From Haloimpatiens massiliensis (GTDB lineage Bacteria > Bacillota > Clostridia > Clostridiales > Clostridiaceae), in NCBI RefSeq assembly GCF_900184255.1, contig NZ_LT854640.1, positions 1,350,980-1,356,196 on the forward strand: 5,217 bases of DNA, written 5' to 3'. A program made the position numbers and the translations under genes. A model generated the notes under the pieces. That model had not been told where the DNA came from. It saw only the letters and a program-made list of their open reading frames with translations, and made no database searches. Shown here piece by piece: positions 4,318 to 5,217 of the stretch. Positions within the stretch are counted from its first letter, which is position 1, and each line of letters begins with the position of its first letter.

Positions 4318-5034
4318 ATGATAACTTTTTTAAAAATAACAGTTTTTATATTTTATATGATAGGAGCAATTTTTAAAACAATTAAACTTAGTTTTTTAAA
4401 GAAATTTTCTTCTGGGGACAAGTATAACAGATATTTAAATAAATCAGTTTATAAATGGGGAAAATTTTCAGTTGATTTAGTGGGAGTTAAACTTAATATT
4501 GAGGGAGAAGAAAACATACCAAATGAAGCATGCTTATTTGTTTCTAATCACCAGAGTAATGTAGATATACCGTGTCTAATTGCAGGAATCAATAGACCTA
4601 TGGGTTTTATATCTAAAAAAGAGCTAATAAAAGCTCCAGTTATATCTACATGGATGAAAGCAATACATTGTGTATTTATGGATAGAAAAAATGTTAGAGA
4701 GTCTTTGAAGTCCATACAAGAGGGAGTAAACATATTGAAAAATGGCAATAATATGGTTATATTCCCAGAGGGAACTAGAAGTAAAAGCAGTGCCGTAGGA
4801 GAATTTAAAAAAGGAAGTATGAAATTGGCTACTAAGGCAGGGGTTATGGTAGTGCCTGTTACAATTGATGGGACATATAAGGCATGGGAAGGAAATGGTG
4901 GAAAAGGTCTTATTCCGGCAGATGTAACAATTAAAATACATAAAGGTATAAAGGTTAGAGAATTAGATAGAGAACAAAAAGCTACCTTAGCTGAGGACGT
5001 TAGAAAGATTATATTAAGTGGAATAGAAAGATAG
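4318..5034 (+). CDS. plsC: 1-acyl-sn-glycerol-3-phosphate acyltransferase (lysophosphatidic acid acyltransferase)
   Basis: 238 aa with an N-terminal hydrophobic anchor (ITFLKITVFIFYMIGAIF). The acyltransferase HX4D block is NHQSNVD (H78-D83, nt 4549-4566) and the FPEGTRS block covers aa 149-155. Size is typical of PlsC. Confidence 0.87.
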   Translation: MITFLKITVFIFYMIGAIFKTIKLSFLKKFSSGDKYNRYLNKSVYKWGKFSVDLVGVKLNIEGEENIPNEACLFVSNHQSNVDIPCLIAGINRPMGFISKKELIKAPVISTWMKAIHCVFMDRKNVRESLKSIQEGVNILKNGNNMVIFPEGTRSKSSAVGEFKKGSMKLATKAGVMVVPVTIDGTYKAWEGNGGKGLIPADVTIKIHKGIKVRELDREQKATLAEDVRKIILSGIER

Positions 5035-5089
5035 CAATATAAGTAGTTTTTCATTGAAAATATAAAACTTAAAATTTAAAATTAATGAT

Positions 5090-5110
5090 AAAACTCCTTT
5101 AGGAGTTTTT
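5090..5110 (+). terminator. Intrinsic terminator after plsC
   Basis: AAAACTCC-TTTA-GGAGTTTTT. The CUCC/GGAG core is extended by A-U pairs and followed by a T5 run, 56 nt after the stop codon. Confidence 0.6.
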
Positions 5111-5146
5111 AATAAAATATAAATTAAAGAATTGTATAGCAATTTC

Positions 5147-5206
5147 AATTTACATTCTAAATTCTTAATTTAAAAGTATTATTCTACATTAAAGTTAATG
5201 TAAATT
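5147..5206. repeat. Perfect 10-bp inverted repeat AATTTACATT ... AATGTAAATT separated by 40 nt
   Basis: 5147-5156 is the exact reverse complement of 5197-5206. The region is AT-rich and non-coding at the window edge. ATTCTA-type short repeats lie in between. Confidence 0.5.
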
Positions 5207-5217
5207 ATATATAGTGA

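Noticed and set aside
4548-5054. Antisense ORFs 4548-5054 (168 aa) and 4624-4941 (105 aa) opposite plsC
   Set aside because: The + strand frame carries the diagnostic acyltransferase HX4D and FPEGTR motifs. The antisense products are hydrophobic, low-complexity shadows without start signals.
1-5217. Screen for CRISPR arrays, IS/transposon ends, integrases and toxin-antitoxin or other defence modules
   Set aside because: There are no regularly spaced 25-40 nt repeats. No ORF has transposase, integrase or nuclease-defence motifs. All large ORFs are accounted for by housekeeping-type, receptor or lipoprotein functions.

Overview
AT-rich segment (roughly 70% A+T by eye) that looks like a low-GC Firmicute chromosome, probably Clostridium-type; this is inferred from composition, 5S/tRNA style and GGAGG ribosome-binding sites. 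Left to right: (1) the distal end of an rRNA operon: a CTAG-packed spacer (1-166), a 5S rRNA gene (167-283), then 7 nt later tRNA-Asn(GUU) with encoded CCA (291-365), followed by a weak hairpin and long T-tracts. (2) An 817-aa ORF (524-2977, +). Its N-terminal ~330 aa form a methyl-accepting chemotaxis protein (MCP) signalling hairpin. Its C-terminal ~480 aa form a complete family-5 (OppA/DppA/NikA-type) solute-binding domain. I see no signal peptide, lipobox, transmembrane helix or HAMP-sized linker. (3) A 19-bp convergent/bidirectional terminator. (4) A minus-strand lipoprotein with a ComEC-C-terminal-type metallo-beta-lactamase fold (3054-3968). (5) A 349-bp divergent intergenic region holding a ~50% G+C, highly self-complementary island (about 4075-4165) flanked by promoter-like and terminator-like signals. 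(6) A plsC-type 1-acyl-sn-glycerol-3-phosphate acyltransferase (4318-5034, +) with a near-consensus sigma-A promoter and a terminator. No mobile elements, CRISPR arrays or defence-type genes are visible. The main finding is the apparently cytoplasmic MCP::SBP5 fusion, which reads as a soluble chemoreceptor using a transporter-type binding protein as its sensor. The second is the unassigned structured island upstream of plsC. All domain calls are motif recognition by eye, not HMM or database searches.
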